Below are positions 21,279-31,396 of a DNA stretch of 46,813 bases, in pieces; position 1 is the stretch's first letter; every line of letters starts with the position of its first letter. A program made the position numbers and the translations under genes. Source of the DNA: Nemertoderma westbladi (lineage: Eukaryota; Animalia; Xenacoelomorpha); the NCBI GenBank assembly GCA_032718475.1, contig JAUCBJ010009101.1, forward strand, positions 1 to 46,813, written 5' to 3'. The notes beneath the pieces were generated by a model. That model did no database searches. It worked only from the letters and a program-made list of their open reading frames with translations, and had not been told where the DNA came from.

Positions 21279-22408
21279 GATATCAATAGTTTCTACTAGT
21301 AGAAACTATTTAAGTTATTTGCGCTGTTTATTGTTGCCTTAATAATTACAGAATACCGGTATAATTTCAGCCTAAATTTATAGAAATAAAGATAATAGGC
21401 CTATCGTGAATACCGGTATACCAATTATTTAAATAATTGAATTTCTGAATTTAAAGGTTACCTAGTTACTTTAACTTACTTTATTACCGTTATTTAAGCA
21501 GTATTCCAACTGATATTGAGACCTAGTTGTTGTATGGCAGGCCTACTATTTATAAATCGTTTGAGTTGATTTATAATATTTATATACCCGTTTAAAATGG
21601 GTTTTGTCAATATTTGAAATAAATGTTATTATTTCTGGGGGAAGTCACTACACAGAAGCTGTGCGCTCTCAGTGAAGTGCTACTTATGGGACACTAAAAC
21701 AGATAATTCTAATTTACCTAAGTTACTTAATACTACAAATTACTTACGATACGGGTGAGATTAAATCTCTAATTAAACACAACAAAATATTACGTACGAA
21801 ATTTTTAGGGTAATTTTACAGGAAGTCTACAAACCAGCCTAACAAAGGGTTAGAATTCTGGTTATTACAACGGACAGGGTACTACGGTATTTGAAAATAA
21901 TAAGTAGTAGTAAATATATTGCGCTGTCCAGATAGGAAAATACCACCGCCTGACGACCTATAGCCGTATCGCTATAGGTACTACGTTATGTATCACGGAG
22001 TGTTCCTACCTGGAAGTTAATTACCGCGGACTACCAGATCCAACGTGCCTATTAACCACTTTACAACACAATACACTGCCCACGCACTAATTACTTTCGG
22101 AAAGCACTGTACACTAAACCCTAAATTAGGTACAAGTACTGGTACAACAAATAATCAGTAGTTAAATATACTTGAACAGTTAAAAGAACCACGGCATCTG
22201 CTGGAGTGACCGGAGCACAAAGTCACCAGTCTTTACCTACGCCAAGCAGCCCGTGTAGTACCGGGGTTAATTTAACTATAACGGTATGTGTAACAAGCAC
22301 AATTACTGTAGGAATAAACTTGGGGACATGAATGTTGCGAATAATCGCATAAACTCTGAATAATAAATATTACGCTACCCGTACAGAATACTCAAACAAA
22401 ATACAAAC

Positions 22409-22930
22409 CAAACGCTGGCAGACTACCACCAAGCCTAAATAAACTACAGTATGTGCAGATTCCGAAATGGTTAGTTAGTATGCGTTCTAACACGGTAGTA
22501 CGACTTATTCTTTAAGAGGGGATTGACCTTACAGCTCTGGCTGCCCCAACTTACTAACTGGCACTTTATCAGACAAACTCTACACACGCAGCAATCTCTT
22601 CAGACCTAATAATAGCTAGACAACAATCCAGCCTACAAAATATCTGAGTAATAACTATTACGGTACCTGAACAGACCACACAAACAAACACAGACTAAAA
22701 AACGCTGGCAGACTACTATCAAGCCTAAATAAACTACAGTATGTGCAGATTCCAAAATGGTTAGTTAGTATGCGTTCTAACACGGTAGTACGACTTATTC
22801 TTTAAGAGGGGATTGACCTTACAGCTCTGGCTGCCCCAACTTACTAACTGGCACTTTATTGGACAAACTCCACACACGCCGCAATCTCTCCAGACTCAAC
22901 AACAGTCAGACAACAGTCCAGCCTACAATT
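22409..22930. repeat. ~230-bp direct repeat, period 290 bp, in the BEL leader
   Basis: aacgctggcagactac... at 22411 and 22701, nearly identical for ~160 bp, then diverging. Confidence 0.92.
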
Positions 22931-23125
22931 ATCTGAACAATCTGAGCAGACTTACACGTCTTCAGCTCAATATTAACTTACATGTAAATAAAACCGACAG
23001 AAATAAGTAAAATCTCAATAAAAAACCAGGGCGGCCGTTCCCTGATTAAGTATTAAGACCTACCGGTATACAATAATCAAAATCGAATAATACTAATGTA
23101 CTTATACTGGAAGTACCGGTTAGGA

Positions 23126-23236
23126 CAGTTGGGCCTACAGACCTACAGCAGTACCGGTTCTGGCAGTTGGGCCTACGGACCTACAGCAGTACCGATTCTG
23201 GCAGTTGGGCCTACGGACCTACAACAGTACCGGTTC
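23126..23236. repeat. Three 38-bp tandem repeats in the BEL leader
   Basis: gttgggcctacrgacctacarcagtaccgrttctggca starting at 23128, 23166, 23204. Confidence 0.92.
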
Positions 23237-23301
23237 AGGTTTACCGGTCGACCGGTACTTTCAACTTTATTGCTTACTGCAATAAAGACAATAACTGTTA
23301 T

Positions 23302-24553
23302 TGTACGCGCTTTTGAAGACCTTTAGCAGTTTAACCTGCCAAAATTTATATGTCTTTTGGTTTATAAATAGACTTTAGAAAATGACAAGTATTTAATACC
23401 AATAAACACAACATTAGCCGAAGCCAGCCTAGTGCGCGTCCATTCACCCGCTGGATATACCCGGGAGACTGGATTCAGAGGGCTTAGATTGTTATTGCAG
23501 TGTAAGCTTACTGTATTATTCGATTGATCGTTAATAAATAATTTCTGACTAATATTATTCACTTTCGGGAAATATTAACAGTTCCTAACGCTCAGGTTTC
23601 TCCTGGGCGCTCTATTTAGGTAAACAGAGATATGACTTATACTAAACACAACGGTAAGTCGGTAAGGCTTATGATTCACGTATGAGGCGCATTCTTTAGG
23701 AAATGCTTAGTTATCAGTCACAATCATGCACACTACCGGTAACACACAATGCTGCACACTAATCTGCCGACCGTCAATGAATTTTATCATATATAAAGAG
23801 AACAGCAATTGACTCATGTAGTGCCTATCAAATAGCATTAAACTCACTACAAACCACGATAATATAAGTCGCAATCGCTATATGTAACCTGTCTCTCTAA
23901 CCTGTAGTGTATCAAGAAAATTGGGAAATTTGGGTTCTTTATAGATGTTCTCCAAATAATATTCAACCAACTGATACAAAATAATAACAACAGTAAAAGC
24001 ATTAAGACGGTAGGTTAAGATATGATATGACAATGTATGTGCCGCTAAGACTGGACTGTGCCGAGTTGAACTGGACTGATAACAGTTATACGCTCTATAA
24101 TCTAAACCTACTAATGTTTCTTCTAAAGTCTGAAACGAATTGACTCTAGAGCCGGTGTTCCTGGCCTAGATAGAAACAACACAACAGTATCAAGAAAAAC
24201 AGCTACTGTCCCTAACACCGTTGCAGGTATCTTTTACACAGAGAGGAATAGGCAGAACACCAGATTCCACAAGTTCCACGAATATCTAAATGCCGAACTA
24301 TCAGGAATTTTGCAACCCTTGGCCAACACACAAAATGAGTCACTCCGCTCGGTTGTCCTGGTTGCATACTCTGCTGCTATAGCTCTGGTTGGCCGATAGA
24401 ACATAGTAAAGAGCCCCTCGTATAACAAATCAGCCAATCAGCCGGTCGCTTTGCATCATTCGAGTTAGAGAGCTTTTTAGAGTATTCCAGCGCCTGGGGG
24501 GAAACTGGATTGCAAAGCAAAAGGGCCAGTTATATCCCACAAAAGCTTTTACA
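23302..24553 (-). repeat. 5' LTR (1252 bp)
   Basis: Direct repeat of 3972-5222; upstream of gag on the minus strand. Confidence 0.97.
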
Positions 24554-24558
24554 GGTCT

Positions 24559-24750
24559 GGTGGTGCAGTGGTGCAGACACTGGTGCAGACAGTAGTGGTG
24601 CAGACACTGGTACAGACAGTGGTGCAGACAGTGGTGCAGACAGTGGTGCAGACACGTTGTGCAGACAGTAGTGCGGACACTGGTGCAGGCAGTGGTGTAG
24701 ACACTGGTGCAGACAGTGGTGCAGAAACTGGTGCAGACACTGGTGCAGAC
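24559..24750 (+). repeat. 12-bp tandem array, left arm part 2
   Basis: Continuation of the 3712-3966 array after the TSD. Confidence 0.95.
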
Positions 24751-25371
24751 AGAAAAGGGGCGAGCAGGTTAGTAAAGGAGCAGTTTAGTAAATGAGCAGG
24801 TTTCAGAGGAGTATTGGGGGAACCAAAACAATAAACGTTATTGTTTTGCGGGCTAAGAATACCCAAGGGCCAAGAATACTCGCAGGCTAAGAATACTCGC
24901 GGGCTAAGAATTCCTGAGACCTTACTGTAGTTAGTGAATGTATATCCCCAGCATGAGACAATAACTTAATGAGCTCGTTTTATTATACAGTAATAAGCAG
25001 TGGCTCCAGTAAAGGTAAACAAATTAAACATACTCTGTATAAGGTAGGTCATGTATGAACAATCAAACACTCGCTTAAACCTCATTCCTTGGAGACATTG
25101 CTGCTTACAATTTATAGGCATTATTGTTTATATGAAAACGGGAATACCGATTAATTACTTTCGTACACACCACTTATAATTATTTGTTATCAGGGCACAT
25201 TCACCCCCACGCACCCCTCATGTACTACATACGTCCTCCCTACTTCATGTAGAACCTTTCAGTAGTTACTTGCATATATGTAGATAATAAAGTCTATGAT
25301 AAAATATAATATAATATATAGTGCCTGGTGGTATTGTGTTTTCTGGTACTCTGGTATTTCACTATTTTCAC

Positions 25372-25779
25372 CAGGTGTCTGCACCAGGGTTTGCACCACT
25401 GTCTGCACCAGTGTCTGCACCAGTGTCTGCACCACTGTCTGCACCACTGTCCGCACCAGGTGTCTGCATCACTGTCTGCACCACTGTCTGCACCAGTGTC
25501 TGCACCACTGTCTGCACCAGTGTCTGCACCACTGTCTGGACCACTGTCTGCACCATTGTCTGCACCAGTGTCTGCATCACTGTCTGCACCACTGTCTGCA
25601 CCATTGTCTGCACCAGTGTCTGCATCACTGTCTGCGCCACTATCTGCACCACTGTCTGCACCAGTGTCTGCACCACTGTCTGCACCACTGTCTGCACCAG
25701 TGTCTGCACCACTGCCTGCATCACTGTCTGCACCACTGTCTGCACCAGTGTCTGCACCACTGTCTGCACCACTGTCTGC
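25372..25779 (-). repeat. 12-bp tandem array (CACCASTGTCTG)n, right inverted arm of the foldback element
   Basis: Reverse complement of the left array, running into the right TIR. Confidence 0.95.
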
Positions 25780-26289
25780 TTAACGTTTACACCCTTAATT
25801 TTGAACTGAACTTCCATTTAAATGGCATTATTTTTTTAATTGTTTCCAGTTTACTTGGGTCAGTGGGTAGTTTCAAAATTAGCTTAATTATACAGTAGTT
25901 TAGGTTAGGCTAAATATTGATGTTTTACTTTGTAGTACCTATTTTTTAATTAATCATAACTTTGATACATAATACCAAATATACCTACTACCTTATATAA
26001 ATAGTATTACAAAGACTACCTGTACTTTTAGTGAGGTTTTCTAAATTTGATGTCACTACTGTACGGCTTACTACGGGTGAAAATGTGGTGCATATAGTAA
26101 GTATTAGGGCTCGATCGGAGTTGGGATTTGGCCGGAGCCGGAGCAGGAGCCGGAGTTGGACAATTTGGCCGGAGCCGGAGCAGGAGCCGGAGTTTTTCAA
26201 AAAATTTAAAAATTTAATTATTTATTTTAAAAAAAATAAAGTATGGTTATCGTTCGCCAATCGCTCATAATCAATCATACTGTAGGTCT

Positions 26290-26676
26290 TGTTGCTCAGT
26301 TGCTCTGAGACCCTTGTGGCTCGGCGGCAGGGGATGCGGGATCGTGGCCTAGCCTGCGTTCTCGGGGGAGTTCGGAGGCGGCTTCAGTTCGCGCTCCTCC
26401 GCTCCAACTCCCTCTGTTTGCGAGGTGGCCGGCGTCCCTGGAGGGCGCTGGGCTTTGGGGATGGTGCGGGTCTGCGGGGGAATGACCTCGCAGACCATTA
26501 TTAATTCACGGTGCACCATTTTTAATTGTATGTTTAAACCTTATTGTCTTAATTGTATTGTTCTGATTGGTGGTGGGATGCTGGTGCAGTTTTATATTTA
26601 GTTTTATAGCAATTTTATTTTTAATGTTTGTGTCATTAATATATCATTTGGCCATATCGCTACATAAACATTTACA
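26290..26676 (+). mobile_element. 3' fragment of a non-LTR retrotransposon, CRE-like C-terminus
   Basis: 13-bp direct repeat ATACTGTAGGTCT (26277-26289, 26677-26689); GC-rich ORF end RRRLQFALLRSNSLCLRGGR followed by an AT-rich 3' UTR. Confidence 0.6.
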
Positions 26677-28185
26677 ATACTGTAGGTCTAATTAATTTCA
26701 TAATTTATAGATTTACGACTTTTCAATTTAAAATTTAAGTAATTAATTTATCATGGACAGACGGCCTGACGCTGACGGCGACGGCCTGATGCTGACGGCG
26801 ACGGCCTGACGCTGACGGCTAAAAATTACCTACAGTACCTACCGGTACCTCGCTAACTGTCTAACTGCAGAACTGTGGTAGAGGTGTGTACTGTAGGTAG
26901 CCTACCGTACGTGTACCAGTACTGCAGTACAGTATGCTGGCATGACAGCAGTAAATGGCTGCAGTGGTACAGCTGTACAGTCTGACAGTGTACAATCATA
27001 GCATTTACGATTTTTTAGGGCCTATCTGTAATAGTCTGCTAGTCAGCCAGCTGGCCAGTACCAGTACTGCAGTACAGTCAGTCAATCCAGCAGTCATTGA
27101 CTTTTAGTAAATACTGCAGTAGGCCCTACTCAGGGATGGCAAAAACCATGGTTTTTTGAAAAAAAATTTTTGGTTTTGGTTTTATTGTTTGGTTTTTTAT
27201 GGTTTTTTTCGGTTTTTTATGGTTTTTTATGGTTTTTCTGTGGTTTAATTAAATCCAATACAGCAATACATACAAATGTAGGGTCTACGTACAACAGTCT
27301 GACAGTACAACCCTTGCTGCGGCTGCCTTGCGCTTGCCCAATAGAACAAAATACTGGAATAACTGAATAAGGCCACATACAGTCAGACAGTATGCTGGTT
27401 TGAAGCGTTTCTTCTGCTGTTCTGTCCTTACTCTCATCCAACCCATCACCCCATGTCAGCATGTGACAAAATACTAACATCGTAAAAATACATACCAACG
27501 TCCAGACGTCTGCACTGCTCCACTGCACGCCAGGCTGCAAACCAAAACCACCACTGAACCGCGCACAACGCCTGCGCACAATTTTTCAGCCGCACAGTAT
27601 TGGACAATATACCGCGCATGCACCGATAAAAACGCGCACACAACATTTTAACAATGTAAACGAGAAACATACGCCAGCGAAGCGATCAAAACCTTTTCAT
27701 GGGTCCGTCTAAAAGCCACATCGGACCCAATCGGTACCACATCGGACAAAATCGGACCACATCGGGGCCACATCCCACATCGGACCACATCGGGGCCACA
27801 TCGGAGCCACATCGGCCACAAATTAGCAATTTAGGATGTAAATAACAAGTTCCAGCACCAACTGACCAAACTCGTATCAGTAATTCAGTAATTGTTAGTC
27901 TTTCTGACAACAGGTCAGGCTGGTAACCGGTACTGCACTGCAGTAGGTACTAGATACTAGAATATCTAATGCAGAGACTATTGCCCCTACTTATACAGCA
28001 GTACAGTACAGTACTGGACAGCTGGACGCAAATCCCATCTTGGCGAATTAATATCCCGCCTCAATGTTATATTCTCAATTTAGGGAAAGGAGCAGGTTGC
28101 AGTGGCACGTTATATTAACCAAAACAATAAACTAAACACAATTATTATTTTTGATATTAATCATCTATTATCATCAACTATTGAC

Positions 28186-28475
28186 ATGTCAAAACTTCAC
28201 CCCTGCGATTCTTGTACGGCTTTGTTTGCAGACAAGGCGAGCCTCGATGATCACAACGCAACCTGTCTCAAGACCAACTCTTGTCCACACTGCTGTAAAA
28301 AAGTTGTTGGAAAGAATTGTTTGGGCTGCGATATCTGCGGATTGTGGATCCACGCGGCTTGCTTAAACCTATCCACCACCGATATTCAAGTTTTGGCAAA
28401 GTGCAAACACTGTAGAATTATTTGCTCTAAATGTGAATCCAAAGGAGAATTAACAATAAAGACAGACTCCCACAC
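28186..28475 (+). CDS. Partial zinc finger + PHD finger ORF, probably LINE ORF1 or transposon cargo, cut by the gap
   Basis: CDSC..F.....L..H...C followed by CPHCCK..CLGCDICGLWIHAACL..ICSKC (C4-H-C3). Confidence 0.65.
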
Positions 28476-28575
28476 NNNNNNNNNNNNNNNNNNNNNNNNN
28501 NNNNNNNNNNNNNNNNNNNNNNNNNNNNNNNNNNNNNNNNNNNNNNNNNNNNNNNNNNNNNNNNNNNNNNNNNNN
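28476..28575. other. Assembly gap (100 N)
   Basis: Run of N. Confidence 1.
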
Positions 28576-29771
28576 CATCTGTTATTTGCGTCGAATTTCC
28601 CCTGGAGAGGGAGGAATGTTTATTGCGTCCAGTTCCCCCCCCCCCCCCCCCCCCCCCCCCCTATCTGAATAATTTTGAGCTGAGCAAATATGTAGTACCA
28701 CACCTTTGGCTGAGAGTTAGTGAAGCCTTTGATGCTGTTATTCTGATGTTCTGTTATCTGGTTATGTTCCAACTTTAAACGTTAACAACGTTCATACATC
28801 GGTCCCAATCGGTACCACATCGGACCAAATCGGTACCACATGGACCTAATGGGTACGAAATCGGACCCAATCGGTACCACATCGGACCAAATCGGTACCA
28901 CACCGTTCTCAAAAAGGTTCCAAGCCAGACTCAAAAGGTACCAGCCCGGACCAAAGCTACTGGTCGCAATCAGCACCGATGTGGCTCCGATGTGGCACCA
29001 ATTGGGTCCGAATTGGTAGTGATTTTCTTATTATTTTGGTTAATGCAACATACATGTAACTGTAAGCGTAACGTGTTATTTTACTTTAGTTTGTTTTATT
29101 TATTTATGTTTATTAATTTGGCATAATGATATAATGTAATACCAAAAAAAATACCAACATCTAGGAGGAGAAGAGTGTTTTGTACGCTTGATGACAATTG
29201 AATTCCCAATAGACTGTATGGTTTAAGAATTCCATGGAGTTTTATCACCGAACATCTAATTGTCAATCGAAAGATACATTATTGTAGTAACACGATATGC
29301 GATCCGAGGATTCAATCATGCAACATATTCTTCCACCAATCGGAATGGTCTGTGGAGTCGTCTGGGATCTCTGGACCATGTGCGGTACCGATTAGGTCTG
29401 ACCGGGTCTGATGTGGTAGCGATTAGGTTCGATGTGAACCCGATTGGGTCCGATGTGGTACCGATTTGGTCTGATGTGGTACCCATTTGGTCCAATGTGG
29501 TACCCATTTGGTCCGATGTGGTACCCATATGGTCCGATATGGTACCCAATTGATCCGATGTGGTACCGATGTGGTCCAATGTGGCCCCGATGTGGTCCGA
29601 TGTGGCCCCGATGTGGTCCGATGTGGCCCCGATGTGGTCCGATGTGGCCCCGATGTGGTCCGATGTGGCCCCGATGTGGTCCGATGTGGCCCCGATGTGG
29701 TACCGATTTGGTCCGATGTGGTACCGATTGGGTCCGATGTGGCTTTTAGACGGACCCCTTTTCATTAACAT

Positions 29772-30080
29772 TGCAAAATGAACAGATAAAATAGAAACGC
29801 GAGCAAAACTCAAAGTGAGAGAAATTTGTTCATTCTAACAGCTGCGAACAGTGCAAAAACAGCAAAATGATAAGATAAAGAAACGCGAGCAAAACTCAAA
29901 GTGAGCGAAATTTTTTCCTTCTAACAGTGCAAAATGAAAAAGAAACGAGAGCAAAACTCAAAGTGAGCGAAATTTGTTCATTCTACATGTAACAGTGCAA
30001 AATGAAAAACAAACGCGAGCAAAACTCAAAGTGTTCGAAATTTTTTCATTCCAACAGTGCAAAATGAAAAAGAAATGCGA
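29772..30080. repeat. ~60-bp tandem repeat, 4-5 copies
   Basis: aacgcgagcaaaactcaaagtg...ttcattctaacagtgcaaaatgaa repeated. Confidence 0.85.
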
Positions 30081-31396
30081 CTACCAGTCTGCTTTATATT
30101 ATTTACAGCGTTAATTGTAAATTTTATGAAAAACCATAATAAACCATAAAAAACCAATTTTTTCGCCTTTTTTTAAAAGTTGGTTAAACCAAAAAACCAT
30201 AAAAAACCAATGGTGAGAAAAACCATTGGTTGCCAACCCTGGCCCTACTGCAGTATTATCAGATTATACTTGATATTGAAGCTGTACTACAGTCAGACAG
30301 TACTTATAGTGTTATACAATTGTTCAGATTAGAATATGCACGAAATATAATACTTTATTAAAAAATTAACTCCGGCAATATTTTTACCGGAGCCGGAGAA
30401 GGAGCCGGAGGCCGGAGCTCCGATCGAGCCCTAGTAAGTATACAGTAGTTTAGGTTAGTAATAGTAATATACAGTAATGTAAATATTGCCATTTTATTTT
30501 GTAGTACTTATTTTTTTAATTAATCATAGCTTTCTTGCTAAGTCCGCAGACCAAATAGCTGAATAGGTACCAGTCTGCCACTGCCAGTCAGCCAGTATAG
30601 TGACGTAAATACGAATTTATGACCATAACTTGCTAACTTTCTGAACTTCGGTTCGGATTCGGTTCGGTTCGGCCCCATAAAGTGCCTTCTGTTGAACCCT
30701 ACTGCTGAATGTCAATATTATTATACAATGGAATACCAGTACTGCAGTAATGGATTCCAATTCAATATTTCAGTATTTCCAAAGCTACTCCAAAAGTTGA
30801 ATTTTAAACTCTACTCTAAAAGTTGAATTTTAATAAAAAGTTGAATTTTAAAAAATAAAGTTGAAATTTCAACTCAGTTGAAAATAGAACTTCTCCCCGA
30901 CTGCCTAAAATGTGGGCGAATCGACATGGGGCGAAAAGGTCGAAGGGCGAATCGACCCGTACCCGATCCCGAACCCAATACCTGAATAGGCCTACTGGAA
31001 AACCGGGATCCCAGTGAAAAATCCAATCCCGGCAGTCGGTGAGAAGTCAAAAATTGGACTTCAAGTCCAATTTTAGACTTCAAGTCCAATTTTGGACTCC
31101 AAAGTCCAATATTGGACTTTAGTACAACTCCAAGTGTACCCATGCTGCCATACTGTATATCGGTATTTAAATCAAAACTGCATCCCGTATCAGTAGTACA
31201 GTACATATATATTACATAATTACAATGCAACATTATTTTAATGATCAAATTAATTATTATATGTATTATAAACAGGGATCGCACACGTACAGTCAGACAT
31301 TAGTAGTTACTTTTTGCGCTAGTGGTATAGCTTTGCGGTAGCCTTACTGCCTTAGCGGTGTATACCGCGGTAGCGTAGTTGAGTTATAGCTGTATA

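Larger units (their letters stand above)
19604..21342 (-). mobile_element. 5'-truncated Penelope-like element inserted in the BEL leader
   Basis: 12-bp TSD TAATTACAGAAT (19592-19603, 21343-21354); 37-bp inverted repeat 19635-19671 / 21309-21345; RT + GIY-YIG ORF; removing it restores a tandem repeat unit of the leader. Confidence 0.93.
3972..24553 (-). mobile_element. Full-length BEL/Pao LTR retrotransposon with an extra 3' ORF
   Basis: Two near-identical LTRs with TGTA...TACA ends; 5-bp TSD GGTCT (3967-3971, 24554-24558); gag-PR-RT-RH-IN polyprotein with BEL/Pao signatures. Confidence 0.97.
3696..25794. mobile_element. Foldback/MULE-like non-autonomous DNA transposon (about 1.5 kb when empty), interrupted by the LTR element
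   Basis: Perfect 15-bp TIR GGGTGTAAACGTTAA (3696-3710) / TTAACGTTTACACCC (25780-25794); 9-bp TSD TTAATTTTG at 3687-3695 and 25795-25803; inverted arrays of a 12-bp unit inside each TIR. Confidence 0.88.
27701..29757. mobile_element. MULE/foldback-like non-autonomous element, layer 4, spanning the gap
   Basis: Long TIR GGGTCCGTCTAAAAGCCACATCGGACCCAATCGGTACC and its reverse complement; TSD (C)CTTTTCAT, 8-9 bp; 10/21-bp subterminal repeats (CCGATGTGG). Confidence 0.88.
27131..30241. mobile_element. hAT-type MITE, layer 3
   Basis: TIR CAGGGATGGCAA / TTGCCAACCCTG; 8-bp TSD GCCCTACT (27123-27130, 30242-30249); inverted (GGTTTTTT)n subterminal arrays. Confidence 0.88.
26105..30433. mobile_element. 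hAT-type MITE, layer 2 of the right-hand sub-nest
   Basis: TIR TAGGGCTCGATCGGAG / CTCCGATCGAGCCCTA; 8-bp TSD GTAAGTAT (26097-26104, 30434-30441); (GCCGGA)n subterminal repeats. Confidence 0.92.
3494..30701. mobile_element. hAT-type non-autonomous element (about 0.76 kb when empty), outermost layer of the nest
   Basis: TIRs TAGGGCTCAACAGAAG (3494) / CTTCTGTTGAACCCTA (ends 30701), 15/16 match; 8-bp TSD CTGCTGAA at 3486-3493 and 30702-30709; (TTCGG)n subterminal repeats at both ends. Confidence 0.85.

Noticed and set aside
23126-23236. CRISPR-like array
   Set aside because: Head-to-tail 38-bp units with no unique spacers, eukaryotic context, no cas genes
25259-25898. ORFs with SAPL/VQTV/CLHH repeats (also at 3711-4048 and 24549-24866)
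   Set aside because: Translations of the 12-bp tandem array, open in several frames
29260-29813. ORFs with WSDVAP/HIGATSD repeats
   Set aside because: Subterminal repeats of a MITE
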